Part shown: positions 39,401-56,637 of the stretch, piece by piece
Layout: each line of letters opens with the position of its first letter
Position numbering within the stretch: position 1 is the stretch's first letter
Source of the DNA: Eledone cirrhosa
Taxonomy: Eukaryota
Direction: 5' to 3'
Assembly: GCA_964016885.1 (NCBI GenBank)
Contig: OZ024745.1
Location: 49,290,001 to 49,354,000, forward strand
Length of the DNA: 64,000 nucleotides
The notes under the pieces: model-generated
Databases searched by the model: none
Seen by the model: only the letters and a program-made list of their open reading frames with translations
What the model was told of the DNA's origin: nothing
Program-made: the position numbers and the translations under genes

Positions 39401-39918
39401 CGGGATGTGAGGAAGGGCATTGCTGTTGCACTTCCAGACGGCGAAGGTCCTCCTATGGTGCTGACATGCAGCGTCTGTGCGAGACTCTGCCTAAGCAAAG
39501 CTGGACTCAAAAGTCATCTTCGCAGTCATAAAGTAAGACCAGTGGTTGACTACCAGACTGCTGTTGGAGATACTACTTATCATGCTTGCCAAGCATGTGG
39601 TAGAGAATGTAAATCAGCAGGAGGGTTCAAACGACATTCAAAAGTACATGAACTCCAACTACAGCCGGCTATTCCCAGTGAATGTTTTGGTTGCCTAAAA
39701 AAACACATTCGATCGCAGCGCTGTTAATTGCTATTGTGTATGTGTGTATAGATATGTTTATGTGTGTGCGTGTGTGTGTGTATATATATGTATATTATTA
39801 TTGTTGTTGTTGTCGTTATTATTATTGTTGTTATTATTATAATTATTGTTATTATTGTTTTTTATTGTTTTTTCTCTCGTGCAATGGCCATACTCGATAA
39901 CGAGGGGGCAGTCATCAT
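36483..39918 (+). mobile_element. 5'-truncated, disrupted RTE-clade LINE (RT plus C-terminal C2H2 fingers)
   Basis: [91 protein letters not shown], then CSVCARLCLSKAGLKSHLRSH. Has frameshifts and stops; interrupted at 38213-39346. Confidence 0.93.
38213..39346 (+). mobile_element. 5'-truncated CR1-like LINE nested in the RTE
   Basis: Uninterrupted frame to 39197: SGVPQGSVLGPLLFVAYIND, KYADDIKL, ERDLGI, YTAMVRPHLEFASSVWNP, LETVQRRATK. Short (ATT) tail. TATG is repeated at 38209-38212 and 39347-39350, and the RTE frame resumes after it. Confidence 0.9.
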
Positions 39919-40394
39919 GTATGTATGTATGTATGTATGTATGTATGTATGTATGTTTGTGTGTGTATATATGTTTAAGTGTGAATGCATAATTGTCTGA
40001 ATGTGTGTATGTGTGTGTGTGTGTGTGTTTGGGTGTGTGGATACTTGTGTGTTTGACTGTGTATGTCTGTACAAAATATGTCTCCTCCCTCCTACGCGTT
40101 CACTATTCTTAGCTAGCTATGCCTGACTTTCTAGGATTGTCACTCACCTACGATGTAATCTGTCTCACTCAAAGGGAAAATGACATGATTACTAAAACAA
40201 TGGAAGACTTCTCAACTGTAAGTCGGTCAAACTGTCAAACAATCAGAAGATAAACCCTATTTAAAGACATACTAGAATATTTAATTGACTGTACAAACAA
40301 TTGAATTTGCTATGCTTCTGTATTTCCTGTACCGTTTCAAATGGGTTTCTTTGCAGTTCTTGCATATGAATATAATATGACTCCTTTAACTAAG

Positions 40395-40600
40395 GACAAT
40401 GAATTGGCAGAATCGTTAGAACGTTCGACAATCTGATTTATGGTATTGTTCCTGCTCTTTACATTCTGAGTTCAAATACCACTGAGGTCAATTTTACCTT
40501 TCGTCCGTCCGCGGTCGATAAAATAAAGTACCAGTGAAATACTGGAGTTGATTTAACCGACTTTCCCTTCCCCACAGGCTTTGTTCCTAGATTAGAAATT
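40395..40600 (+). mobile_element. tRNA-derived SINE
   Basis: GAATTGGCAGAATCGTTAGAAC, GAGTTCAAATAC, GGTCGATAAAATAAAGTACCAG. Confidence 0.8.
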
Positions 40601-41312
40601 GTATTGCTACTTTAACTGATTATTTGGTTACAGCTGTTTGTTGTCGCTTTTGTTCAAATAGTGAATACAGGAGCTAATTGATCAAAGCAAAAAAGTAAAA
40701 GAATTATAAATATTACTCATATTATACAACTAATATTATAGTTAGAGTGTGTGACAGAATACTGAAGGTTAGTCTAGTCATCGGTAATACAACAACTACT
40801 AGCATTTTTTTTAGATGTCATAGAGATCAGCAACCTATACCATCGATACCCCAATGATACAAGTCCAGACAATGTGGAAGAACGCTCTCTGGGGTTAAGA
40901 ACTTAAGACGTAAGCCGCCTTGTGTTCTCAGCGGACAGAATGGAGAAAGCGTTATCTCGGAGGATAAAGACGGAGACATGTTGAAATACACATTCCAACA
41001 CGCGGGGTTCATTCATGTGGATGGGATGAATCCTCATAATTAAAAATAGAACGAGCTTAGAGAAATAATGAATGAGGCCAATGACATGGTTTTGGAGAAA
41101 AGGGGGAGTAAAGAATGCTGTAAACAATAAATTCTTAATTTTTTTTTAAATTCACCTCTGAGTGGGAGGTGGAAAACAAAACATCTGGAGTCTATAAATT
41201 CACACTAACAAGAAAGAGAGTTCAATGAGAATGGAAATCGATGTATCGGCTAGCATGCTAGTGTTTAAGTTACTACCTATTTCTAGTCTGGAAAACCCTG
41301 TTTAATGGGCCG

Positions 41313-41367
<55 letters not shown>

Positions 41368-41525
41368 AAAGAATAGAGGTGTAACACACAAGTTGTTATA
41401 TATTGGTAAACGGAATAGAAAATGCTGACAAATTGTTCACAGTTGAAAAATGGTTTAATTAGGAATAAAAGAGTATTAGTGATTGTATGGGTTAGTATTC
41501 AGTTGTGGTTTTAAGTTTTTGTGGT

Positions 41526-41911
41526 TTTGTCAAGGCAGAATTCTAGGAGAAGGAAAACTCTGATATAACACCTGCAACTCTGATGGTATCCAATGATGTT
41601 GACTTGTTCTTCTTTTTGGTAAATATCATCTTGGTTAAGAGAGTGGGACTGGCTTTGTGCAGTGCCTTTGCTCACTATAAAATCTTCACGGCACAGGCAT
41701 TGCTTTATATCTAGAGATCTCTCTGCACTTGTCATCACATGGTACCATGGGTCCAGCACTATGTGTCAATAATTGTCACAAGTGTAGTATTTTTGCCAGA
41801 GTTTTCAAGTCGCTGGCTGGACTAAAAAGTCACACTCGTTCAGTGCATCGGTAAGAGTTCTCCTACATGGATATAAAGTAGTGGCCGTACTCGAAAACGA
41901 GTTGGCAGCCA

Positions 41912-41915
<4 letters not shown>
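41526..41915 (+). mobile_element. 5'-truncated copy of the non-autonomous RTE-derived element
   Basis: Matches 16909-17299; ends CCACCAT followed by (AT)n. Confidence 0.85.
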
Positions 41916-41967
<52 letters not shown>

Positions 41968-41968
<1 letters not shown>

Positions 41969-42390
41969 TGGCCATCCAAAATCGCCGGGAGAGATGACCC
42001 CTTAGCCTTTGTCAAGGCAGAATTCTAGGAGAAGAAAAACTCTGATATAACACCTGCAACTCTGATGTTATCCAATGATGTTGACTTGTTCTTCTTTTTG
42101 GTAAATATCATCTTGGTTAAGAGAGTGGGACTGGCTTTGTGCAGTGCCTTTGCTCACTATAAAAGCTTCACGGCACAGGCATTGCTTTATATCTGGAGAT
42201 CTCTCTGCACTTGTCGTCACATGGTACCAGCACTATGTGTCAATAATTGTCACAAGTGTAGTGTTTGTACCAGAGTTTTCAAGTCGCTTGGCTGGACTAA
42301 AAAGTCACACTCGTTCAGCGCATCGGTAGGGGTTCTCCTACATGGATATAAAGTAGTGGCCGTACTCGAAAACGAGTTGACAGCCACCAT
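41968..42390 (+). mobile_element. 5'-truncated copy of the non-autonomous RTE-derived element
   Basis: Matches 16870-17299; flanked by (AT)n on both sides. Confidence 0.85.
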
Positions 42391-42703
42391 ATATATATAT
42401 ATATTTATATATATATCAAAAGTATGTCCATAGAATCATATGATAAAATATATACACCATTTCCTCTCCCAATTAGCATAATTAACGACATAAAAAATCA
42501 ATTAGACCAGGCTATAAGAATAAAGGCTCCTATGAAGAAATATTTGATAAATAAACGACACCAGCCTCTTCGCGACCGACCGCAATAGAATATTTACCCA
42601 ACATTTCAACAGCATGTAGAAATCGACTAAATATATCGTCAACCATACACAATTAGGTATAAATTTAAAGTTAGAAGAAATGTGTACACTCTTACCATGA
42701 TAT

Positions 42704-43326
<623 letters not shown>

Positions 43327-43329
43327 ACG

Positions 43330-43546
43330 TAGGTCCCGGGTTGAGTCGGGGATAACCACAGTAGGTAAGGTACTCAATACATGGCAGAGTAAAATTTTTT
43401 TATTTTATAGAAGGAGCTTCTACAGGACTAGTACTGTTTCATTCAGATGAAATCTTCAGGAATGAAACAGTAATCTGGAATGAAACAGAAAATCTGAATG
43501 AAACAGTACTAGTCCTGTAGAAGCTCCTTCTATAAAATAAAAAAAA
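43330..43546 (-). mobile_element. fold-back mini-element family C, second copy, with minus-strand HHR (~43416-43462)
   Basis: Minus strand TTC-CTGAAGA-TTTCATCTGAAT-GAAA-CAG-TACTAGTC-CTGTA|GAAG; tail homologous to 27613-27690. Confidence 0.8.
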
Positions 43547-45228
<1,682 letters not shown>

Positions 45229-48200
45229 TGAATATAGACATAGAATATTCGAAAATATTCTGTATGTTTATAATAAACATTTTGAAGACCTAATCGCTAT
45301 AGAATAGAATACGTCACGTATTACAATTAGATTCTCGATAAAAGCAAGGGAAGTAAATCTACGCGTTTCATTCTTATTAGAAATCGTCAGGACTACATAT
45401 CCAGTGCTTCTATCGAGAATGACACAGCTAGAGACTTATAGAATACTTAGCTGTGTACAGGAACTGGTTTGAAAGAGCGGTTGCCGGTCCGGCAGAAATT
45501 AGAAATTGGAATAAATGCTCTGAAATAGCGATATATATGTGAATATAGACATAGAATATTCGAAAATATTCTGTATGTTTATAATAAACATTTTGAAGAC
45601 CTAATCGCTATAGAATAGAATACGTCACGTATTACAATTAGATTCTCGATAAAAGCAAGGGAAGTAAATCTACGCGTTTCATTCTTATTAGAAATCGTCA
45701 GGACTACATATCCAGTGCTTCTATCGAGAATGACACAGCTAGAGACTTATAGAATACTTAGCTGTGTACAGGAACTGGTTTGAAAGAGCGGTTGCCGGTC
45801 CGGCAGAAATTAGAAATTGGAATAAATGCTCTGAAATAGCGATATATATGTGAATATAGACATAGAATATTCGAAAATATTCTGTATGTTTATAATAAAC
45901 ATTTTGAAGACCTAATCGCTATAGAATAGAATACGTCACGTATTACAATTAGATTCTCGATAAAAGCAAGGGAAGTAAATCTACGCGTTTCATTCTTATT
46001 AGAAATCGTCAGGACTACATATCCAGTGCTTCTATCGAGAATGACACAGCTAGAGACTTATAGAATACTTAGCTGTGTACGTATTCTATTCTATAGCGAT
46101 TAGGTCTTCAAAATGTTTATTATAAACATACAGAATATTTTCGAATATTCTATGTCTATATTCACATATATATCGCTATTTCAGAGCATTTATTCCAATT
46201 TCTAATTTCTGCCGGACCGGCAACCGCTCTTTCAAACCAGTTCCTGTACACAGCTAAGTATTCTATAAGTCTCTAGCTGTGTCATTCTCGATAGAAGCAC
46301 TGGATATGTAGTCCTGACGATTTCTAATAAGAATGAAACGCGTAGATTTACTTCCCTTGCTTTTATCGAGAATCTAATTGTAATACGTGACGTATTCTAT
46401 TCTATAGCGATTAGGTCTTCAAAATGTTTATTATAAACATACAGAATATTTTCGAATATTCTATGTCTATATTCACATATATATCGCTATTTCAGAGCAT
46501 TTATTCCAATTTCTAATTTCTGCCGGACCGGCAACCGCTCTTTCAAACCAGTTCCTGTACACAGCTAAGTATTCTATAAGTCTCTAGCTGTGTCATTCTC
46601 GATAGAAGCACTGGATATGTAGTCCTGACGATTTCTAATAAGAATGAAACGCGTAGATTTACTTCCCTTGCTTTTATCGAGAATCTAATTGTAATACGTG
46701 ACGTATTCTATTCTATAGCGATTAGGTCTTCAAAATGTTTATTATAAACATACAGAATATTTTCGAATATTCTATGTCTATATTCACATATATATCGCTA
46801 TTTCAGAGCATTTATTCCAATTTCTAATTTCTGCCGGACCGGCAACCGCTCTTTCAAACCAGTTCCTGTACACAGCTAAGTATTCTATAAGTCTCTAGCT
46901 GTGTCATTCTCGATAGAAGCACTGGATATGTAGTCCTGACGATTTCTAATAAGAATGAAACGCGTAGATTTACTTCCCTTGCTTTTATCGAGAATCTAAT
47001 TGTAATACGTGACGTATTCTATTCTATAGCGATTAGGTCTTCAAAATGTTTATTATAAACATACAGAATATTTTCGAATATTCTATGTCTATATTCACAT
47101 ATATATCGCTATTTCAGAGCATTTATTCCAATTTCTAATTTCTGCCGGACCGGCAACCGCTCTTTCAAACCAGTTCCTGTACACAGCTAAGTATTCTATA
47201 AGTCTCTAGCTGTGTCATTCTCGATAGAAGCACTGGATATGTAGTCCTGACGATTTCTAATAAGAATGAAACGCGTAGATTTACTTCCCTTGCTTTTATC
47301 GAGAATCTAATTGTAATACGTGACGTATTCTATCTATAGCGATTAGGTCTTCAAAATGTTTATTATAAACATACAGAATATTTTCGAATATTCTATGTCT
47401 ATATTCACATATATATCGCTATTTCAGAGCATTTATTCCAATTTCTAATTTCTGCCGGACCGGCAACCGCTCTTTCAAACCAGTTCCTGTACACAGCTAA
47501 GTATTCTATAAGTCTCTAGCTGTGTCATTCTCGATAGAAGCACTGGATATGTAGTCCTGACGATTTCTAATAAGAATGAAACGCGTAGATTTACTTCCCT
47601 TGCTTTTATCGAGAATCTAATTGTAATACGTGACGTATTCTATTCTATAGCGATTAGGTCTTCAAAATGTTTATTATAAACATACAGAATATTTTCGAAT
47701 ATTCTATGTCTATATTCACATATATATCGCTATTTCAGAGCATTTATTCCAATTTCTAATTTCTGCCGGACCGGCAACCGCTCTTTCAAACCAGTTCCTG
47801 TACACAGCTAAGTATTCTATAAGTCTCTAGCTGTGTCATTCTCGATAGAAGCACTGGATATGTAGTCCTGACGATTTCTAATAAGAATGAAACGCGTAGA
47901 TTTACTTCCCTTGCTTTATCGAGAATCTAATTGTAATACGTGACGTATTCTATTCTATAGCGATTAGGTCTTCAAAATGTTTATTATAAACATACAGAAT
48001 ATTTTCGAATATTCTATGTCTATATTCACATATATATCGCTATTTCAGAGCATTTATTCCAATTCTAATTTCTGCCGGACCGGCAACCGCTCTTTCAAAC
48101 CAGTTCCTGTACACAGCTAAGTATTCTATAAGTCTCTAGCTGTGTCATTCTCGATAGAAGCACTGGATATGTAGTCCTGACGATTTCTAATAAGAATGAA

Positions 48201-48371
48201 ACGCGTAGATTTACTTCCCTTGCTTTTATCGAGAATCTAATTGTAATACGTGACGTATTCTATTCTATAGCGATTAGGTCTTCAAAATGTTTATTATAAA
48301 CATACAGAATATTTCGAATATTCTATGTCTATATTCACATATATATCGCTATTTCAGAGCATTTATTCCAA
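45229..48371. mobile_element. 311-bp tandem array (~10 units), one hammerhead per unit, with internal inversion (retrozyme / PLE pLTR array)
   Basis: Period 311 (45230, 45541, 45852). ~2.7 units on minus (45229-46080) and ~7.4 on plus (46081-48371). HHR reads GTAGTC-CTGACGA-TTTCT-AATA-AGAAT-GAAA-CGCG-TA|GATTTAC. Plus cores at 46314, 46625, 46936, 47247, 47557, 47868, 48177; minus cores at 45384, 45695, 46006. Confidence 0.9.
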
Positions 48372-48515
48372 TATATATATTTATTTATATATATTTATTT
48401 ATATATATATATATATTTATTTATATATATATATATTTATTTATATATATATATATATATTTATTTATATATATATATATTTATTTATATATATTTATTT
48501 ATATATATATATATA

Positions 48516-48582
<67 letters not shown>

Positions 48583-48737
48583 TTATTTATATATATATAT
48601 TTATATATATATATATATATATATTTATTTATTTATTTATATATATATATATTTATCTATCTATATATATATATATATATATTTATTTATATATATATAT
48701 ATTTATCTATATATATATATATATATATATATTTATT

Positions 48738-48768
<31 letters not shown>

Positions 48769-48785
48769 ATATATATTTATTTATT

Positions 48786-48816
<31 letters not shown>

Positions 48817-48852
48817 ATATATATTTATTTATTATATATATATATATTTATC

Positions 48853-49077
<225 letters not shown>

Positions 49078-49100
49078 TTATATATATATATATATTTATT

Positions 49101-49173
<73 letters not shown>

Positions 49174-49210
49174 TTATATATTTATATATATATATATTTA
49201 TATATATATT

Positions 49211-49244
<34 letters not shown>

Positions 49245-49252
49245 ATATAATT

Positions 49253-49285
<33 letters not shown>

Positions 49286-49311
49286 ATATATACTTTATAT
49301 ATATATATATT

Positions 49312-49342
<31 letters not shown>

Positions 49343-49389
49343 TTATATATATATTTATATATATTTATATATATATTTATATATATATT

Positions 49390-49420
<31 letters not shown>

Positions 49421-49423
49421 ATT

Positions 49424-49460
<37 letters not shown>

Positions 49461-49528
49461 ATTTATATATATATATATATATTATATTTATATATATATA
49501 TATATTTATATATATTATATATATATAT

Positions 49529-49623
<95 letters not shown>

Positions 49624-49652
49624 ATATATATATTTATATGTATATATATATT

Positions 49653-49741
<89 letters not shown>

Positions 49742-49868
49742 TTATTTTTATATATATATATATATATATATTTATTTTTATATATATATATATATATATA
49801 TTTATTTTTATATATATATATATATATATTTATTTATATATATATATATTTATTTATATATATATATA

Positions 49869-49907
<39 letters not shown>

Positions 49908-49942
49908 TTATATATATATATATTTATTTATATATATATATA

Positions 49943-49975
<33 letters not shown>

Positions 49976-50091
49976 TTATTTATATATATATATATTTATT
50001 TATATATATATATATATTTATTTATTTATATATATATATATATTTATTTATATATATATATATATAATATATATTTATTTATATATATATA

Positions 50092-50158
<67 letters not shown>

Positions 50159-50189
50159 TTATATATATAAATTTAATATATATATATCT

Positions 50190-50221
<32 letters not shown>

Positions 50222-50332
50222 ATATATTTATTTATATATATATATATTTATCTATATATATATATTTATTTATATATATATATATTTATTTACATATATA
50301 TATATTTATTTGTATATATATATATATTTATT

Positions 50333-50392
<60 letters not shown>

Positions 50393-50422
50393 TTATATAT
50401 ATATTTATTTATTTATATATAT

Positions 50423-50627
50423 ATGATAGCTAACAAGCTTGAAACTAGTACATCGTTCCTGTGTCAGTGTTGAACAAAAAGGTGACGTGGTTGCCTTAAC
50501 ACCGTATGGCATAAATTCAGGCTGTTCGATTTGTTGACAAACAAACGAACAAAGCAGGCGTTATAATAAACGTCGGCTAAACTGATGCGTGCATATATGT
50601 ATGTGTACCTGTATGCATATGTGTATA

Positions 50628-50669
<42 letters not shown>

Positions 50670-51116
50670 TGCTACTGTACGTCTGTATACATATATGTAT
50701 GTACGTATACATACATACTTACATTTAAGTAAGTGCCATAATAAGAGTGAGAAATGAAATTTCGTTTTCATTTTTTCAACTTATCGTTTTCGGTATGCCT
50801 GACCGATTTAACTCACTCAATATGCAAACTAGGCTGCTCAGCCGTTAATTTTCATAAGGAAAGTATATACTTTCGAACGTTCAACTATCTGGCAGATGGG
50901 TAAACGGTGCTGATGATAGCTAACAAGCTTGAAACTAGTACATCGTTCCTGTGTCAGTGTTGAACAAAAAGGTGACGTGGTTGCCTTAACACCGTATGGC
51001 ATAAATGCAGGCTGTTCGATTTGTTGACAACAAACGAACAAAGCAGGCGTTATAATAAACGTCGGCTAAACTGATGCGTGCATATATGTATGTGTACCTG
51101 TATGCATATGTGTATA

Positions 51117-51163
<47 letters not shown>

Positions 51164-51274
51164 GCTACTGTACGTCTGTATACATATATGTATGTACGTA
51201 TACATACATACTTACATTTAAGTAAGTGCCATACTAAGAGTGAGAAATGAAATTTCGTTTTCATTTTATTCAAC

Positions 51275-51278
<4 letters not shown>
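50423..51278 (+). mobile_element. 490-bp HHR repeat family, 1.7 tandem units
   Basis: Unit repeats at 50425 and 50915; complete HHR at 50903-50947. Confidence 0.85.
50903..50947 (+). ncRNA. type I minimal hammerhead ribozyme
   Basis: AACGGTG-CTGATGA-T-AGCT-AACA-AGCT-T-GAAA-CTAG-TA|CATCGTT; 7-bp stem I and palindromic stem III ACTAGT. Confidence 0.88.
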
Positions 51279-51316
<38 letters not shown>

Positions 51317-51355
51317 TTATTTATATTTATTTATTTATTTATATATATTTATTTA

Positions 51356-51426
<71 letters not shown>

Positions 51427-51690
51427 TTATATATATATATATATATATTTATTTATATATATATATATATATTATATATATATATATTTATTTATTTATA
51501 TATATATATATTTATATATATATATATTTATTTATTTATATATATATATATTTATATATATATATATTTATTTATATATATATATATTTATTTATTTATA
51601 TATATATATATTTATTTATATATATATATATTTATATATATATATATTTATTTATATATATATATATTTATTTATTTATATATATATATA

Positions 51691-51755
<65 letters not shown>

Positions 51756-51836
51756 ATATATATATTTATTTATATATATATATATATATATTTATTTATA
51801 TATATATATATATTTATTTATATATATATATATATA

Positions 51837-51909
<73 letters not shown>

Positions 51910-51935
51910 ATATTTATATATATATTATATATATA

Positions 51936-52163
<228 letters not shown>

Positions 52164-52417
52164 TTATATTATATATATATATATTTATTTATATATATAT
52201 ATATATATATTTATTTATATATATATATTTATTTATATATATATATTTATTTATATATATATATATATATTTATTTATATATATATATTTATTTATATAT
52301 ATATATATATTTATTTATATATATATATATTTATATATATATATATATATATATTTATTTATATATATATATATATATTTATTTATATATATATATATTT
52401 ATTTATATATATATATA

Positions 52418-52462
<45 letters not shown>

Positions 52463-52476
52463 TTTATATATATATT

Positions 52477-52575
<99 letters not shown>

Positions 52576-52590
52576 ATATTTATTTATATT

Positions 52591-52621
<31 letters not shown>

Positions 52622-52622
52622 A

Positions 52623-52745
<123 letters not shown>

Positions 52746-52928
52746 TTATTTTTATATATATATATATATATATTTATTTTTATATATATATATATATAAT
52801 TATTTTTATATATATATATATATATATTTATTTTTATATATATATATATATTTATTTTTATATATATATATATATTTATTTATATATATATATATTTATT
52901 TATATATATATATATTTATTTATATATA

Positions 52929-52959
<31 letters not shown>

Positions 52960-53042
52960 TTATTTATATATATATATATATATATTTATTTATATATATA
53001 TATATATTTATTTATATATATAAATTTAATATATATATATCT

Positions 53043-53076
<34 letters not shown>

Positions 53077-53183
53077 ATATATTTATTTATATATATATAT
53101 ATTTATTTATATATATATATTTATTTATATATATATATATTTATTTACATATATATATATTTATTTGTATAAATATATTTATT

Positions 53184-53308
<125 letters not shown>

Positions 53309-53338
53309 TTATATATATATTTATTTATTTATATATAT

Positions 53339-53543
53339 ATGATAGCTAACAAGCTTGAAACTAGTACATCGTTCCTGTGTCAGTGTTGAACAAAAAGGTG
53401 ACGTGGTTGCCTTAACACCGTATGGCATAAATTCAGGCTGTTCGATTTGTTGACAAACAAACGAACAAAGCAGGCGTTATAATAAACGTCGGCTAAACTG
53501 ATGCGTGCATATATGTATGTGTACCTGTATGCATATGTGTATA

Positions 53544-53589
<46 letters not shown>

Positions 53590-54182
53590 TGCTACTGTAC
53601 GTCTGTATACATATATGTATGTACGTATACATACATACTTACATTTAAGTAAGTGCCATACTAAGAGTGAGAAATGAAATTTCGTTTTCATTTTTTTCAA
53701 CTTATCGTTTTCGGTATGCCTGACCGATTTAACTCACTCAATATGCAAATTAGGCTGCTCAGCCGTTAATTTTCATAAGGAAAGTATATACTTTCGAACG
53801 TTCAACTATCTGGCAGATGGGTAAACGGTGCTGATGATAGCTAACAAGCTTGAAACTAGTACATCGTTCCTGTGTCAGTGTTGAACAAAAAGGTGACGTG
53901 GTTGCCTTAACACCGTATGGCATAAATGCAGGCTGTTCGATTTGTTGACAAACAAACGAACAAAGCAGGCGTTATAATAAACGTCGGCTAAACTGATGCG
54001 TGCATATATGTATGTGTACCTGTATGCATATGTGTATATATATGTATATTATATATATATATATACATGCTACTGTACGTCTGTATACATATATGTATGT
54101 ACGTATACATACATACTTACATTTAAGTAAGTGCCATACTAAGAGTGAGAATGAAATTTCGTTTTCATTTTATTCAACTTAT
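53339..54182 (+). mobile_element. 490-bp HHR repeat family, second block (HHR at 53824-53868)
   Basis: Near-identical to 50423-51278. Confidence 0.85.
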
Positions 54183-54313
54183 TTATATATATATATTTAT
54201 TTATATATATATATATATATATTTATTTATATATATATATATATTTATTTAATATATATATATATATTTATTTATATATATATATATATATTATATATAT
54301 ATATATATTTATT

Positions 54314-54346
<33 letters not shown>

Positions 54347-54647
54347 ATTTATTTATTTATATATATATATATTTATATATATATATATTTATTTATTTAT
54401 ATATATATATATTTATTTATTTATATATATATATATTTATTTATTTATATATATATATATATATTTATTTATTTATATATATATATATTTATATATATTT
54501 ATTTATATATATATTTATTTATTTATATATATATTTATTTATATATATATTTATTTATATATATATATATTTATTTATATATATATTTATTTATTTATAT
54601 ATATATTTATTTATATATATATTTATTTATTTATATATATATATATT

Positions 54648-54680
<33 letters not shown>

Positions 54681-54736
54681 ATTTATATATATATATATTT
54701 ATTTATATATAATATATATATATATATATATGTATA

Positions 54737-54776
<40 letters not shown>

Positions 54777-54817
54777 TTATATATATATATATATATATAT
54801 TTATTTATATATATATA

Positions 54818-54972
<155 letters not shown>

Positions 54973-54986
54973 ATATATATATATTA

Positions 54987-55025
<39 letters not shown>

Positions 55026-55268
55026 TTATATATATATATATATATATTTATTTATATATATATATTTATTTATATATATATATTTATTTATATATATATA
55101 TATATATTTATTTATATATATATATTTATTTATATATATATATATATATTTATTTATTTATATATATATATATTTATATTTATTTATATATATATATATT
55201 TATTTATATATATATATATATATTTATTTATATATATATATATATTTATTTATATATATATATATATA

Positions 55269-55394
<126 letters not shown>

Positions 55395-55407
55395 ATATAT
55401 TTATATT

Positions 55408-55438
<31 letters not shown>

Positions 55439-55449
55439 ATATTTATTTA

Positions 55450-55536
<87 letters not shown>

Positions 55537-55737
55537 TTATTTTTATATATATATATATATATATTTATTTTTATATATATATATATATATATTTATTTTT
55601 ATATATATATATATATATATATTTATTTTTATATATATATATATATATTTATTTTTATATATATATATATATATTTATTTTTATATATATATATATTTAT
55701 TTTTATATATATATATATATTTATTTATATATATATA

Positions 55738-55776
<39 letters not shown>

Positions 55777-55892
55777 TTATATATATATATATATATATTT
55801 ATTTATATATATATATATATTTATTTATATATATATATATATATTTATTTATATATATATATATATTTATTTATATATATATATATAATATA

Positions 55893-55966
<74 letters not shown>

Positions 55967-55997
55967 TTATATATATAAATTTAATATATATATATCT

Positions 55998-56031
<34 letters not shown>

Positions 56032-56148
56032 ATATATTTATTTATATATATATATATTTATTTATATATATATATTTATTTATATATATATATATTTATT
56101 TACATATATATATATTTATTTGTATATATATATTTATTTATATATATA

Positions 56149-56209
<61 letters not shown>

Positions 56210-56317
56210 TATTTATATTATATATTTATTTATTTATATATATATGATAGCTAACAAGCTTGAAACTAGTACATCGTTCCTGTGTCAGTGTTGAACAAAA
56301 AGGTGACGTGTTGCCTT

Positions 56318-56517
56318 NNNNNNNNNNNNNNNNNNNNNNNNNNNNNNNNNNNNNNNNNNNNNNNNNNNNNNNNNNNNNNNNNNNNNNNNNNNNNNNNNNN
56401 NNNNNNNNNNNNNNNNNNNNNNNNNNNNNNNNNNNNNNNNNNNNNNNNNNNNNNNNNNNNNNNNNNNNNNNNNNNNNNNNNNNNNNNNNNNNNNNNNNNN
56501 NNNNNNNNNNNNNNNNN
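56318..56517. other. assembly gap (200 N)
   Basis: Run of N. Confidence 1.
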
Positions 56518-56602
56518 AATAAATATAAATATATATGTATGTATATATATATATATATATACATACATACATAATATATATACATACATACATAAGCATA
56601 TA

Positions 56603-56637
<35 letters not shown>

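Noticed and set aside
45229-48371. CRISPR-like array
   Set aside because: Units are identical end to end with no unique spacers; no cas genes; eukaryotic context.
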